A DNA stretch of 64,000 nt, taken from assembly GCA_038245295.1 (NCBI GenBank), contig JBBRSP010000003.1, positions 96,001 to 160,000 of the forward strand. Direction: 5' to 3'. Below the pieces are notes generated by a model that saw nothing but the letters and a program-made list of their open reading frames with translations, was not told where the DNA came from and ran no database searches. The stretch is from Candidatus Binatia bacterium. Lineage in GTDB: Bacteria; Desulfobacterota; Binatia; HRBIN30. Shown here one piece after another: positions 47,670 through 59,508 of the stretch. Every line of letters starts with the position of its first letter. The first letter of the stretch is position 1. Position numbers and translations under genes: made by a program.

Positions 47670-49007
47670 ATGAAGGAAGCCGAGTGGAGGAGGGCGTTGC
47701 CGAGATTGCGCGAACGCCTCGGCGACCGCAACTTTGCGACTTGGATCGAGCCCATCCGCTGCGTCGGAGACGACGACGGATTGCGGTTGGAGGTCCCAAG
47801 TCGGTTCATTCAAGAATGGGTAAGCCGCCATCTCATTGCCGCGATTCGTGACGTTCTCGGACCTGAGGCAAGCGAAGGCCTGCGTGTCGTCGTTGCCGAC
47901 CAGTCGACGTGGGTTGCGCCTGCGGTCGTTCGGGAAAGCCCCCCGGCTCCGGCGGTAGCTTCACGATCGCGCGTTCCGCGTGTCGGGCGATTGGTTCCCG
48001 ATTACATCTTTGATCGATTCGTCGTTGGGCCTTCCAACCGGGTCGCATTTGAGGCCGCCAAGTCGATCGTGGTTTCGCCAGGCGTGCACTACAACCCCCT
48101 TTTCGTATGGGGTGGAGTAGGTCTTGGGAAAACGCATCTTGTAAACGCCATTGGTCACCAGATTCTTCAGGAAAATCCGCGCGCCCGGGTCGCGTGCATC
48201 GGCGCCGAGACGTTCATGAATGCTATGATCGGCTCGCTGCGCCAGGATCAGATGGCGGGGTTTCGCGACCGTTATCGAGAACTCGATGTCTTGATCCTCG
48301 ACGATGTCCAGTTCCTGGCCGGCAAAGAACGCACACAGGAGGAGTTCTTTCACACCTTCGAGTGTCTCTACACCGCCGGTAAGCAGGTGATCCTCACTTC
48401 AGATAAGCCACCTAGCGCTATGGCTGGACTAGAGAACCGCTTACGCAGCCGTTTCGAAGGCGGACTTTTGGCCGACGTAAGGCCGCCGACCGCCGAGATG
48501 CGTCTAGAGATCATCCACCGCAAGGCCACACTCCAGGGCACCTCGATCCAGGACGACGTCGCCTTGGCGATTGTGCAACGTTGCGGCCCAAGTGTTCGCG
48601 AGCTCGAAGGTGCCCTGACGCGTGTTCTAGCCAGCGCCAATCTGGAGGCTGCCCCTGTCACCGTCGATCTGGTGCAGCAAGTGCTGATGCTGGTGATGCC
48701 GCGCCGCAAGACCCTCACCATCGAGGCGGTTCAGCAGCGCGTGGCTCAACATTTTGGTCTCTCCGTTCCGGATCTTACGTCGCATCGCCGCGGACGCGCC
48801 GTGTCGTTTCCGCGCCAGGTTGCGATGTATCTGAGTCGGACATTGGCCGACGCCGCTCTTACGGCAATCGCGGCGAAATTCGGTGGCCGCGACCACACCA
48901 CGGTCCTCTACGCCGTAAAAACGGTCGAGGCAAAAGCCGAAAAGGACCCGTCGACGCGCCATCTCATTGATGACCTCCAGCGCTCGCTAACCGCCGCCGA
49001 CGAATAG
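47670..49007 (+). CDS. dnaA: Chromosomal replication initiator DnaA (possibly a second paralogue)
   Basis: FDRFVVGPSN, YNPLFVWGGVGLGKTHL, LILDDVQFL, TQEEFFHTF, VRELEGAL, RQVAMYL and FGGRDHTTV. Confidence 0.93.
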   Translation: MKEAEWRRALPRLRERLGDRNFATWIEPIRCVGDDDGLRLEVPSRFIQEWVSRHLIAAIRDVLGPEASEGLRVVVADQSTWVAPAVVRESPPAPAVASRSRVPRVGRLVPDYIFDRFVVGPSNRVAFEAAKSIVVSPGVHYNPLFVWGGVGLGKTHLVNAIGHQILQENPRARVACIGAETFMNAMIGSLRQDQMAGFRDRYRELDVLILDDVQFLAGKERTQEEFFHTFECLYTAGKQVILTSDKPPSAMAGLENRLRSRFEGGLLADVRPPTAEMRLEIIHRKATLQGTSIQDDVALAIVQRCGPSVRELEGALTRVLASANLEAAPVTVDLVQQVLMLVMPRRKTLTIEAVQQRVAQHFGLSVPDLTSHRRGRAVSFPRQVAMYLSRTLADAALTAIAAKFGGRDHTTVLYAVKTVEAKAEKDPSTRHLIDDLQRSLTAADE

Positions 49008-49174
49008 AGGCGCGGCCACCCCCGACGGTCGCGCTTTCTCTCCCTGATTCCCAAAACCTCCTCCGCACGCTCACTTTTCTCTCGACGCTCCCTTGACACC
49101 CCTAGGTCGGTGGTTAGGAAGCCGACGGACAGTCGATTCGAAGTCCATCACAATTGGAATCAGGAGGAATAGGC

Positions 49175-49462
49175 ATGAAAATCCGGCCGCTGCAGGACCG
49201 TGTCCTGGTCGAACGCGTCGAGGAAGAGACGAAGACAAAGGGTGGCATCATCATCCCCGATACCGCCAAGGAGAAGCCGCAAGAAGGTAAGGTTGTGGCT
49301 GTCGGTCCGGGCAAGGTCAGCGATGATGGCAAGGTGATCAAACTCTCCGTCAAAGCCGGTGACCGTATTCTCTTCGGGAAATACTCCGGGTCCGAAATCA
49401 AGTTGGACGGATCCGATTATCTGATCATGCGCGAGGACGACATCCTCGGCGTTCTCGAGTAA
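49175..49462 (+). CDS. groES: Co-chaperonin GroES
   Basis: [18 protein letters not shown] and [13 protein letters not shown]. Confidence 0.98.
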   Translation: MKIRPLQDRVLVERVEEETKTKGGIIIPDTAKEKPQEGKVVAVGPGKVSDDGKVIKLSVKAGDRILFGKYSGSEIKLDGSDYLIMREDDILGVLE

Positions 49463-51130
<1,668 letters not shown>

Positions 51131-51185
51131 CGGTTTATGAAGCCCCTGATCTGGGGGGCGGCGAACCGAATGCCCGAAGAGGTCC

Positions 51186-51219
51186 CAACGGCCCGCGAGT
51201 GAAAACTCGCGGGCCGTTG
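51186..51219 (+). terminator. Terminator-like hairpin after groEL
   Basis: Perfect 15-bp stem CAACGGCCCGCGAGT-GAAA-ACTCGCGGGCCGTTG with a weak T tail. Confidence 0.8.
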
Positions 51220-51350
51220 TGCTTTCTCGACCAGGCCTCACTCGGATGTTCTATTCAACGGGCGGACGTATTCGTGGAAGAAAGTACGCCCTTGTTTCGG
51301 CCCGACAAGATTGACAAACCGCGCACCGACCGCCAAAACGGCGGACACTC

Positions 51351-54215
51351 ATGCGATCTCCGCGTCGCGCTACGAGCGCCGTCTTCACGATAGTATTTCT
51401 TCTTGGTTTTGCCGCGAACGTCGAGGCGGCTGTGCGCTTTCAGCGACAGGCCGCGCTGATCCCACTCGACCTCGATGTCGAGAGCGGGCCACAGTCCATC
51501 GCGCTTGGCGACATGAACCGCGACGGCCGTTCTGACCTGGTCGCGGTCGATTTTGGCGCCGAAACGATATCAATTCATTTGGCAGATCCAGCGGGCGTAT
51601 TGCCTGTTACCTCGTCCTCGGAAGCTGAGCTCGATCCCAATGGCGAGGTCGATGCCTTGGAGCCGATTGCGGTGGCCGTGGCAGATTTCAACAACGATCG
51701 TAACCTCGACGTCGTAGTCGCCAATCGCGCCAACCAAAGTGTGTCGGTGCTTCTTGGCACCGCCGACGGCGATTTTACCCGGGATACCGAACCACCAAGA
51801 TTTTCGGTCGCCGGCGTGCCGCTTGGTATTGTCGCGGTCGACCTCGATCTGGACAACAAGGTTGATCTGGCGATCCTGCGGGACAATTCAACTGTGTATC
51901 TTTTGAAGGGGCAGGGGAATGGACAGTTCGTACCTTTCCCGACGGCCAGCATTTCGACCGGTAGCGGTACGAGTGGAAGTTTTCAGATCGTCTCTGGATT
52001 GATCGACAGCAATACGATTCCCGATCTGGTCGTCAGTCATTCAGGATCGCGCAACATCTCCATTCTGTTCGGTGATTCCGCCGGCACCTTCCGACCGGCG
52101 CAAGTGCGCCAAGTGCTCGACGATGTGCGCGGCGTGACGCTGGGCAATTTTAATCGTGACACTGACTCGACTCTGGATATCGCCGTCGCCGTCGAGACCG
52201 GTTTCGATAACGTCGCTCTCTACTTTACGAACGCCGATGGGACGATTCCCGACCAGGTCAGTACGCGTACCGAGGTTGCCGAATTCCCGCAATATATCGC
52301 AGCCCTCGACGTCGACGGCGATACGAAGGACGATTTGGCCACAGGGTCGGCAAGTGACCAGGGTGGTACGATCTCTGGCTCGATTGCGTGTCAGCAGGAG
52401 AGCCTTCAGTGTACGGTTCCCAATACGGAGACGCGAGGTGGATTCCAGCTCCAGGAGGGACTGAATACGGCAACCAATCGCGCCATCGTCGTGGGTGATC
52501 TAAATGGGGATTCGCATCCGGACCTGGTCTTTGTGACGCAAAGCGGCAACGCGGTTCCCTTCATCAATCGGATCGGACAAGTCGTGCCCACCACGACTCC
52601 AACATTCCTCCCCAGCGTACCGACCTTTACCCCAACCCCGACGCTGCCGACCTTCACGCCGACACGCACGCCAACGCCGACGGTAACTTCAACGGCTACG
52701 GCTCTTCCCACTGCCCCTTATGGAGTCTGTAATAGTGCCGATGCGGGTGCCAACGGTGGCGAGGTTCTGCCGCGATTCGGTCGCCCGGTGGCGCTTGCCA
52801 TCGGGGATTTCGATCGCGACGGAACACCCGACGTAGCGGTTGCCAACTTCACCGGGAACCGCATCCAGATCGTCCGACCCAAGCCTGTGGCGGGTGGTAG
52901 TGATCCGTGCAGCGTCTTGTCCCTCACGGCAACCCTGCCGGCACTCGACGTGGATCAACCAACCGGTGTTGTCGCAGCTGACTTCGACCGTGACGGGAAG
53001 ATCGACATCGCGGCATCCGGTAGCGCCGGTCTAAGCGTCTTCTATGGCGACGGCACAGGGAAGTTCGCCGCCGGAAGCGGGTTCCCAATGACGGCGGGAA
53101 CGGCTCCTTCGGATGTCGCGGTGGGAGACGTCGACCACGATGGTATCCTCGACCTGCTCGTATCCAACAACGGCAGCAGCGACGTGTCCTTGTTCCGAGG
53201 CACCGGTGGTCGTACCTTCTCGGCACCTTGCGCCCTGTCCATCGGTAGCGGGCAAGGAGCTGGACATCTCGTGGCAAATGACTTCAACCTCGATGGGCAG
53301 GTCGATTTTGCCGTCACCAGCCCGACCGTGAATGCGTTTACCGTGTTCCAGCGCAACAAGCCTGGCGATCCAGTGCCCGCGAACGCTTGTCCCGAAAACA
53401 CCTCGGGGTTCCAACGTTTGCCGCTTGCGAGTCTGAGCGGTCAGCCGAGCTCGATTGTTTCGGCGTTGGTTGACCGTGCGGACTCGGTCCCAGATCTGGT
53501 CCTCGGCGTCCACAACATGGCGCCCGATGCCGACAACGTGGTCGTAGTCACCGGCCGCATCCTCAGCTCGGGAACGATTGATTACTCACAGCGTGGCTCC
53601 TTGGAGCTGTCGGATTCGCGGGCCTTTATCTCAACTGTCGCGGTTGCCGATGTTATTCGTGACGGGGTTGCCGACCTCATCGTCGGCGATACCCGACGCG
53701 GCCTGATCTATGTGCTCCGGGGGGAGGGAGACGGAGTTTTCCGAGAAACGCCGAATCCGTTCAGCGTCCGGGGCATCAATGACACAACCTCGGTTCCTGT
53801 GGATACGGCGGTTGCCGATTTCGATCGTGACGGGTTCCCCGATGTGGTGACCGCCAATACCAATGCGACAGACAGCGGAACTCTGAGTTTTCTGGTGAGC
53901 TCGCGGCCGCGCGCGACACCAACTCCAGCGCCAACATTCACGCCAACCGTCACTTCGTCTCCGACGCCTGTAAGTCCATCGCCGACACCGACCGCTACCT
54001 CCACCGAGACGCCCGGGCCGTCGGCGACACGTACCAACCGGCCGACCAATACTCGAACAGCGCTGCCAACCGCGACGCAGCGCGGTGTGATTCAGTTGAG
54101 TAACGGGACTTGTGCCGTGAGCCCGGATCCGTCGGGTAGTTCCGGTGCCGCGTTGCTAATCGGTGCGGCCGTGGTCTGGCTCGGTGGTAGAAGTCGCCGC
54201 AGAGAGAGGCAGTGA
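51351..54215 (+). CDS. FG-GAP/VCBS repeat surface protein, two propellers, MYXO-CTERM-like tail
   Basis: Signal peptide; many GDxNxDGxxD repeats in two blocks separated by TP linkers; ends GTCAV-linker-TM-RSRRRERQ. Confidence 0.9.
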   Translation: MRSPRRATSAVFTIVFLLGFAANVEAAVRFQRQAALIPLDLDVESGPQSIALGDMNRDGRSDLVAVDFGAETISIHLADPAGVLPVTSSSEAELDPNGEVDALEPIAVAVADFNNDRNLDVVVANRANQSVSVLLGTADGDFTRDTEPPRFSVAGVPLGIVAVDLDLDNKVDLAILRDNSTVYLLKGQGNGQFVPFPTASISTGSGTSGSFQIVSGLIDSNTIPDLVVSHSGSRNISILFGDSAGTFRPAQVRQVLDDVRGVTLGNFNRDTDSTLDIAVAVETGFDNVALYFTNADGTIPDQVSTRTEVAEFPQYIAALDVDGDTKDDLATGSASDQGGTISGSIACQQESLQCTVPNTETRGGFQLQEGLNTATNRAIVVGDLNGDSHPDLVFVTQSGNAVPFINRIGQVVPTTTPTFLPSVPTFTPTPTLPTFTPTRTPTPTVTSTATALPTAPYGVCNSADAGANGGEVLPRFGRPVALAIGDFDRDGTPDVAVANFTGNRIQIVRPKPVAGGSDPCSVLSLTATLPALDVDQPTGVVAADFDRDGKIDIAASGSAGLSVFYGDGTGKFAAGSGFPMTAGTAPSDVAVGDVDHDGILDLLVSNNGSSDVSLFRGTGGRTFSAPCALSIGSGQGAGHLVANDFNLDGQVDFAVTSPTVNAFTVFQRNKPGDPVPANACPENTSGFQRLPLASLSGQPSSIVSALVDRADSVPDLVLGVHNMAPDADNVVVVTGRILSSGTIDYSQRGSLELSDSRAFISTVAVADVIRDGVADLIVGDTRRGLIYVLRGEGDGVFRETPNPFSVRGINDTTSVPVDTAVADFDRDGFPDVVTANTNATDSGTLSFLVSSRPRATPTPAPTFTPTVTSSPTPVSPSPTPTATSTETPGPSATRTNRPTNTRTALPTATQRGVIQLSNGTCAVSPDPSGSSGAALLIGAAVVWLGGRSRRRERQ

Positions 54216-56134
54216 TGCAGCATCGTTACGGCTGGTTGTTGGGTATCTTGCTCGCGGCGTGCATCCCATGTCGCGCCGCGACGGCCCAAACCTATTTCTC
54301 CTGTGCTACTCCAACCGATAACGCGGTCAATCAGATCGTCGTGGGTGATCTTGATCGTGACTCCGATTTGGATTTAGTCACTCTGAACACCTCAATGGAT
54401 CGGGTGTCGGTCTATCTCTTGAGTGGAGCATCCATTCGCAGCCGCGGGTGTGGCGGGTTGCCTGCGCCGGTAACCACCGACTTGCGTAGCATCACGATTG
54501 CCATGCCTACACCGGCGACACCTCCGACGCCGAGCACAACTCCTAATACCAGCCCAACCGCGACGCCTATCCACCCCATGGGGGCTAAAGCGATGGCTCT
54601 CGGGGACGTCGATCAGAACGGCACATTGGACGTCGCGGTAGCCCTCTCGTCGGGTGTCATTCTACTGCGCGGCAACGGCCAGGGCGCTTTGGTGGCCGAC
54701 ACGAGCTACATCACCGCCGGCCCGAGTCCCCTCTCCATCGCGATCGCCGATGTCGACGCCGATGGGCGGGCCGATTTGGTGGTCGGCAACGCAAGCAACG
54801 GAACCGTAGTTGTTATCTACGGTCCGAGTTTTACTGAGAGTACGACGGTGAGCAGTGGCGACAGCCTCGCGAGTTTCGTCGTTGTTGGCGACTTCAACCG
54901 CGACGGAGCGTTGGACTTTGCCGCAGCTGACTCTGGTTCAGGAAGACTGACCGTTTTCCTACAACGTCGCCTCAGTCCCCGGACATTTGATCGTGTCGCC
55001 AATACGATCGCTCTCGGCACGACACCGTCAGCCGTTGTGTTGGGCGATGTCGATGGCGACGGCGTCCTTGACCTTGTGGTCGGAAGTGGCGCTAGCAGCG
55101 GTCGCCTTGACGTGTTTCGTGGCACTGGGAGTGGCAACCGGGAGGCCTTCGTCTTGCAGTCACCCGCGCCAGTGTTGACCTCATCGCTGCGCAGCCCACG
55201 TGTGGCGCTGGGATTCCTTGATTCGGATGCGCGTCTCGACGTCGTCGCTTCAAGTCGCGAAAGCCAAGGACCGCTGGCTGTTCTCTATGGTAGCGATGGT
55301 GGGTTGAGCGAAGTCAGCGGACTATGCGGCTCGGCAGGTCGCTGTTTAAGTGGCGGAGCCGCGGAATCGATCGCCACCGGAGATATTGATCAAGATGGCC
55401 GTCCCGATGTGATCGTCGGTTCGCCACAGCAATCGTTGGGATTACTGCTCAGTGCCGCCCGCCCCGCGACGCCGACCGCGACACTACCTCGGACCCTCAC
55501 CCCAACGATCACGCCGCCGCCGATGCTCACTCCCACGCCTGGCGGAGATTGTTGCACGGCGCATGATGGCGCTTCCTGTGACGGGGGTTTTCGCGACGGC
55601 TGTTCAACTTGCGTCTGCGACCTCCTGCCGTCCTGCTGCCAAGGTGTTTGGGATGCGCGGTGCGCCGGCTTGGCCAACGGCGAAGAGCAGAGCGGGTGTA
55701 TGCCGGTCTGTAAATGCGATGTGTCTTTACCGACTCCCACGCAAACCGAGACGCCCACCCCTACCGGCACCCCGACCCTGACTCCGACGCAAACGTTGAC
55801 CACGACACCGTCAATCACGCCGACAGGCCCAACGGCGACGGCAACCCCGACGGTAACGATCACACCGACGGGGGCAACGCATACGCCCACGGCGACGCTG
55901 GCACCATCGCGTACCCGCACGGCGACGGCCAGCCCAACCGTGACGGCCACGCCGACACGAACCGCTGAGCCGGTGGGTACCTCGACGCCGAGATGTATCG
56001 CTAAAGGTGTCTGCGTCCAGGGCAATTCTTGTGCGATCCTTCCTCCCGGCAGCTCAGGCTCCGGTTTGTGGCTGGCTCCGGCCCTGGTTGGATTGCTCTG
56101 GCGCGGTGCGAGACGTGGGTGGCGGCGTAGCTAA
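54212..56134 (+). CDS. FG-GAP/VCBS repeat surface protein with Cys-rich module and MYXO-CTERM-like tail
   Basis: GDxDxDG repeats; DCCTAH...CSTCVC...CCQGVWDARC; TP linker; ends NSCAI-linker-TM-RGARRGWRRS. Confidence 0.9.
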   Translation: MMQHRYGWLLGILLAACIPCRAATAQTYFSCATPTDNAVNQIVVGDLDRDSDLDLVTLNTSMDRVSVYLLSGASIRSRGCGGLPAPVTTDLRSITIAMPTPATPPTPSTTPNTSPTATPIHPMGAKAMALGDVDQNGTLDVAVALSSGVILLRGNGQGALVADTSYITAGPSPLSIAIADVDADGRADLVVGNASNGTVVVIYGPSFTESTTVSSGDSLASFVVVGDFNRDGALDFAAADSGSGRLTVFLQRRLSPRTFDRVANTIALGTTPSAVVLGDVDGDGVLDLVVGSGASSGRLDVFRGTGSGNREAFVLQSPAPVLTSSLRSPRVALGFLDSDARLDVVASSRESQGPLAVLYGSDGGLSEVSGLCGSAGRCLSGGAAESIATGDIDQDGRPDVIVGSPQQSLGLLLSAARPATPTATLPRTLTPTITPPPMLTPTPGGDCCTAHDGASCDGGFRDGCSTCVCDLLPSCCQGVWDARCAGLANGEEQSGCMPVCKCDVSLPTPTQTETPTPTGTPTLTPTQTLTTTPSITPTGPTATATPTVTITPTGATHTPTATLAPSRTRTATASPTVTATPTRTAEPVGTSTPRCIAKGVCVQGNSCAILPPGSSGSGLWLAPALVGLLWRGARRGWRRS

Positions 56135-56184
56135 TCGTGTCTCGGCGGACTCAAGGTCTGCCGCACTCTGGGGAGACTCCAAAC

Positions 56185-57591
56185 GTGGTTGGTATCACTT
56201 CGTACAGTTCGTATATTCCACGCCTGCGACTCGATCGGGCCAAGATCACGGCAGCCTGGGGAACGTCACAAGCGGCGGGTGAAATCGCCGTTGCCAACTA
56301 CGACGAGGATGCCCTGACCATGGGAATCGAAGCGGTCCAGGCCTGCGTCGGGGACCGCGACTCACAGGACTTTGATGGCTTGTACTTCGCCAGCACCAGC
56401 GCTCCCTACCGCGAGAAGCAAATGGCGGGACTCATTGCCACTGTTTGTGATCTGCCGCGGCGTTGCCAATCGGCTGACTTCGCCGGCTCGGTGCGCAGCG
56501 GCGTCTCGGCCATCCTGGCCGCGGCCAATGCAGTGGGCGCCGGAGCGCGACGACGTGTCATTGTGACGGCCGCCGATAGTCGGGTGGCACAACCGGAATC
56601 GGAGATGGAAGGTTTGCTCGGTGACGCCGCCGCAGCGGTAGTCATCGGCGGCGGTGACGACATCCTCGCCGAGATCGTCGATTCGGCCTCCTTTTCGGAG
56701 GAGTTCACCCATCTCTGGCGAACCGATGACGAGAGTTTCGTGCAATCGTTTGCCGGCCGCTTCTCCAATTCTTATGGCTACGGCAAGGACCTCGGCGCGG
56801 CGATCAAAGAGGTTCTGGAGCGGCAGAAGCTCGAACCCAAAGCCATTGCCAAGTTGGCGCTCTATTCTCCGGATGCGCGTGCCGCCGCGGACCTCGCCAA
56901 GGAGATCGGTTTTGATCCGAAGAAGCAGCTCGTTACGCCGGCGGTAAACCTGATCGGCAGTGCCGGTTCGGCGGATGCTTTGTTGGCTCTGGCCAGTGCC
57001 CTCGATACGGCCAACCCCGGCGACCTTATCCTGGTCGGTAGCTACGGTGAGGGCGCCGACGTGATCTTGCTGCGCGCGACAGCTCGTTTGTCTTCGCACC
57101 GCGCCCCTCGCTCGCTGCAGCACGGAGTCGACGCAAAGCTTCCACTGGCGTCGTACGAGAAGTACCTCAAGTTCCGACGGATCTTCGACCTTGAAGAGCC
57201 GGGCGAGGCAATCAACAACGTTCTCGAATTCCAGGAGCTCAAACAGGATACCCGATTGTACGGAAGCCGCTGCCAATCCTGTAGCTGTGTCCAGTACCCA
57301 CGCGCCCGCGTGTGTATCGCCTGCAAGGCGCAAGAGCAGATGGTCGACCACAAACTCGCCAAGAGCGGCGCGATATTCACCTTCACGATCGATCAACTCA
57401 TTACCAACATGGAACATCCGTTGCCGATGGCCGTGATCGACCTTGATGGGGGCGGTCGTCTGTACCTGCAGGTCACCGACTTTCTCGTCAGTGAGGTCGA
57501 AATCGGCCGGCCGGTTGTTCTCACCTATCGGCGTTTGCATGAGGGCGGCGGGAATCACAACTATTACTGGAAAGCACGCCCGGTTCGCTGA
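56185..57591 (+). CDS. HMG-CoA synthase-like domain fused to DUF35 zinc ribbon/OB-fold
   Basis: YIPRLRL, YDEDALTMGIEA, LLGDAAAA, SYGEGAD; C-terminal CQSC...YPRARVCIAC and FTFTID...YYWKARP. Confidence 0.9.
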   Translation: MVGITSYSSYIPRLRLDRAKITAAWGTSQAAGEIAVANYDEDALTMGIEAVQACVGDRDSQDFDGLYFASTSAPYREKQMAGLIATVCDLPRRCQSADFAGSVRSGVSAILAAANAVGAGARRRVIVTAADSRVAQPESEMEGLLGDAAAAVVIGGGDDILAEIVDSASFSEEFTHLWRTDDESFVQSFAGRFSNSYGYGKDLGAAIKEVLERQKLEPKAIAKLALYSPDARAAADLAKEIGFDPKKQLVTPAVNLIGSAGSADALLALASALDTANPGDLILVGSYGEGADVILLRATARLSSHRAPRSLQHGVDAKLPLASYEKYLKFRRIFDLEEPGEAINNVLEFQELKQDTRLYGSRCQSCSCVQYPRARVCIACKAQEQMVDHKLAKSGAIFTFTIDQLITNMEHPLPMAVIDLDGGGRLYLQVTDFLVSEVEIGRPVVLTYRRLHEGGGNHNYYWKARPVR

Positions 57592-57600
57592 GGAGCACCC

Positions 57601-58743
57601 ATGAAGGACGCTGTTGCGGTCATCGGAGTAGGTTGCACCAAGTTTGGCGACCTGTTCGAAACGAGTTACGAGGACCTGATTTGTGATGCCGCGTTCGAAG
57701 CCTATGCCGACGCAGGCATCGATCCGGCACAGATCGACGCCGCCTACCTCGGGACGTATATGCCGGGACCCTCCGGGGGTAAGTCAGCGGTATCGCTTGG
57801 CGACGCTCTGCGCCTCTACGATCGGCCGATCACGCGCGTCGAAAACTATTGCGCCACCGGTACAGACGCATTTCGCAACGCCTGCCTGGCGGTTGCTTCC
57901 GGAACCTACGACATCGTGCTCGTTCTAGGCGCGGAGAAGCTCAAAGATCGCGGTGGGCGAGGTCTTCCACGTTTTGGTCACCCTCTACTCGCCAAGGGCA
58001 ACTCGGCTCCCGGACTCTTTGCGCTGGCGGCGACTCGCTACATGCATACGTTCGGCGGCGGGCGCGAGATGCTGGCCAAGGTTGCGGTAAAGAACCATTA
58101 CAATGGGGCGCGCAACCCAAAGGCGCACCTGCGCATGGAGGTAACCGAGGAAAAGGTCCTCAAGGCGCCGATGATCGCGTCACCGTTCGGATTGTTCGAT
58201 TGTTGCCCAACCACCGACGGGGGCGCCGCGGCGATCGTCTGTCGCGCCGATATGGCGAAGCGCTTCCGGTCCGACTACGTACTCGTCAAAGGATTCGGCC
58301 TCGCCGTAACCACCGGCCGCCCGTACTTCGATCCAACCTACGACTACCTCGGCTTCCGCTCTACCCAGATGGCGGCCCAGCAGGCGTACAAGATGGGCGG
58401 GATTACTGCCAAGGACATCAGCTTCGCCGAGGTTCACGATTGTTTCACGTGGACGGAAATTTCCAACACCGAAGACCTCGGGTTCTGCGCCAAAGGCGAA
58501 GGTGGCAAACTCGCGGCTGAGGGGCGAACGTCTCTCACTGGGGACATCCCGATCAACCCCAGTGGTGGTCTGAAATCCTTCGGTCATCCGATCGGCGCCA
58601 GTGGCGTACGGATGATCTATGAGTGTGTCCAACAATTGCGTGGTCAATGCGGCGAACGTCAAATCAAGAACGCCAAACTTGGCCTGGCGCATAATGTTGG
58701 CGGACCAGGGTCCGTTTCCTGCGTGGTTGTTCTCGGCAATTGA
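57601..58743 (+). CDS. Thiolase, SCP-x/archaeal-like type
   Basis: VENYCATG, KNHYNG, AEVHDCF, GHPIGASG and HNVGG. Confidence 0.93.
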   Translation: MKDAVAVIGVGCTKFGDLFETSYEDLICDAAFEAYADAGIDPAQIDAAYLGTYMPGPSGGKSAVSLGDALRLYDRPITRVENYCATGTDAFRNACLAVASGTYDIVLVLGAEKLKDRGGRGLPRFGHPLLAKGNSAPGLFALAATRYMHTFGGGREMLAKVAVKNHYNGARNPKAHLRMEVTEEKVLKAPMIASPFGLFDCCPTTDGGAAAIVCRADMAKRFRSDYVLVKGFGLAVTTGRPYFDPTYDYLGFRSTQMAAQQAYKMGGITAKDISFAEVHDCFTWTEISNTEDLGFCAKGEGGKLAAEGRTSLTGDIPINPSGGLKSFGHPIGASGVRMIYECVQQLRGQCGERQIKNAKLGLAHNVGGPGSVSCVVVLGN

Positions 58744-58926
58744 TCCACGGATCCACGCCTATGCCTAGCAGCGCTGCATAGACTCACTCTGAATCCACCA
58801 CCTGTCTGCTTTTGCTACACACAGGTGGTGTTGTTCCGAGACACCGCAGGCAGCGTCGGGGTTGCGCTGCGCCACCGTACCGCCAATTTTCTTGATGATT
58901 CCCACTCTTGAAACTCTTCCCAGGAG

Positions 58927-58942
58927 TGGCACGCGTCGTGCT
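58927..58942 (+). promoter_or_regulatory. Putative sigma-54 promoter
   Basis: TGGCACGCGTCGTGCT has the GG-N10-GC spacing and one mismatch to TGGCACG-N4-TTGCW. Confidence 0.65.
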
Positions 58943-58989
58943 TTGTTCTGGCGTGTAGAATAAAAATTCAGCAACACGGGAGAGCAGGC

Positions 58990-59475
58990 ATGGACGGGTC
59001 CACGATGCGCTGGTCGAAAGAGTACGATGGGACGAGTTTCGATGGCATTTTGCCGCGGCTCGTTGAGCCAGAGATCCTCCTTCCGTCCCAGTTCTACAAT
59101 CGGGCGCGCGGCTTGAGTGTGCTCGAGGGCGAGCGCCGCCTAATGCTTGCCATCCTTGAGGACGCAGTGTCGTGTTTCCAGAAGTATGCTGGCGCGACCC
59201 GGCCACGCTCGCGCCGCCTTTTTCAAGAGGCGGAAGAGTGGTTCATGGAAGAATCAGGCGCCTGGGTCTTCTCGTTCGATTCGATCTGCACCGTACTCGA
59301 CATCAACCCCGAATACTTCCGCAATAGCCTGAAGCGGTGGAAAGAACAGTTGATGGCCCAACCAGCCGGCGAGCGCGGTAAGGTTGGTCGCGTGCGCCTA
59401 CGTGCGGCGCGCCGCCACAAGATCCTGCCGTTCGTTCCGCGCCGCCGCAATAAGCCTGTTGCCGCTGCGGCATAA
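58990..59475 (+). CDS. Conserved hypothetical protein with basic C-terminus
   Basis: ILLPSQFY...GERRLMLAILEDAVSCFQKY...FSFDSICTVLDINPEYFR; has its own promoter and terminator. Confidence 0.8.
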   Translation: MDGSTMRWSKEYDGTSFDGILPRLVEPEILLPSQFYNRARGLSVLEGERRLMLAILEDAVSCFQKYAGATRPRSRRLFQEAEEWFMEESGAWVFSFDSICTVLDINPEYFRNSLKRWKEQLMAQPAGERGKVGRVRLRAARRHKILPFVPRRRNKPVAAAA

Positions 59476-59508
59476 GGTCCGCGCGACGACGCGATGATTC
59501 GATTACGG

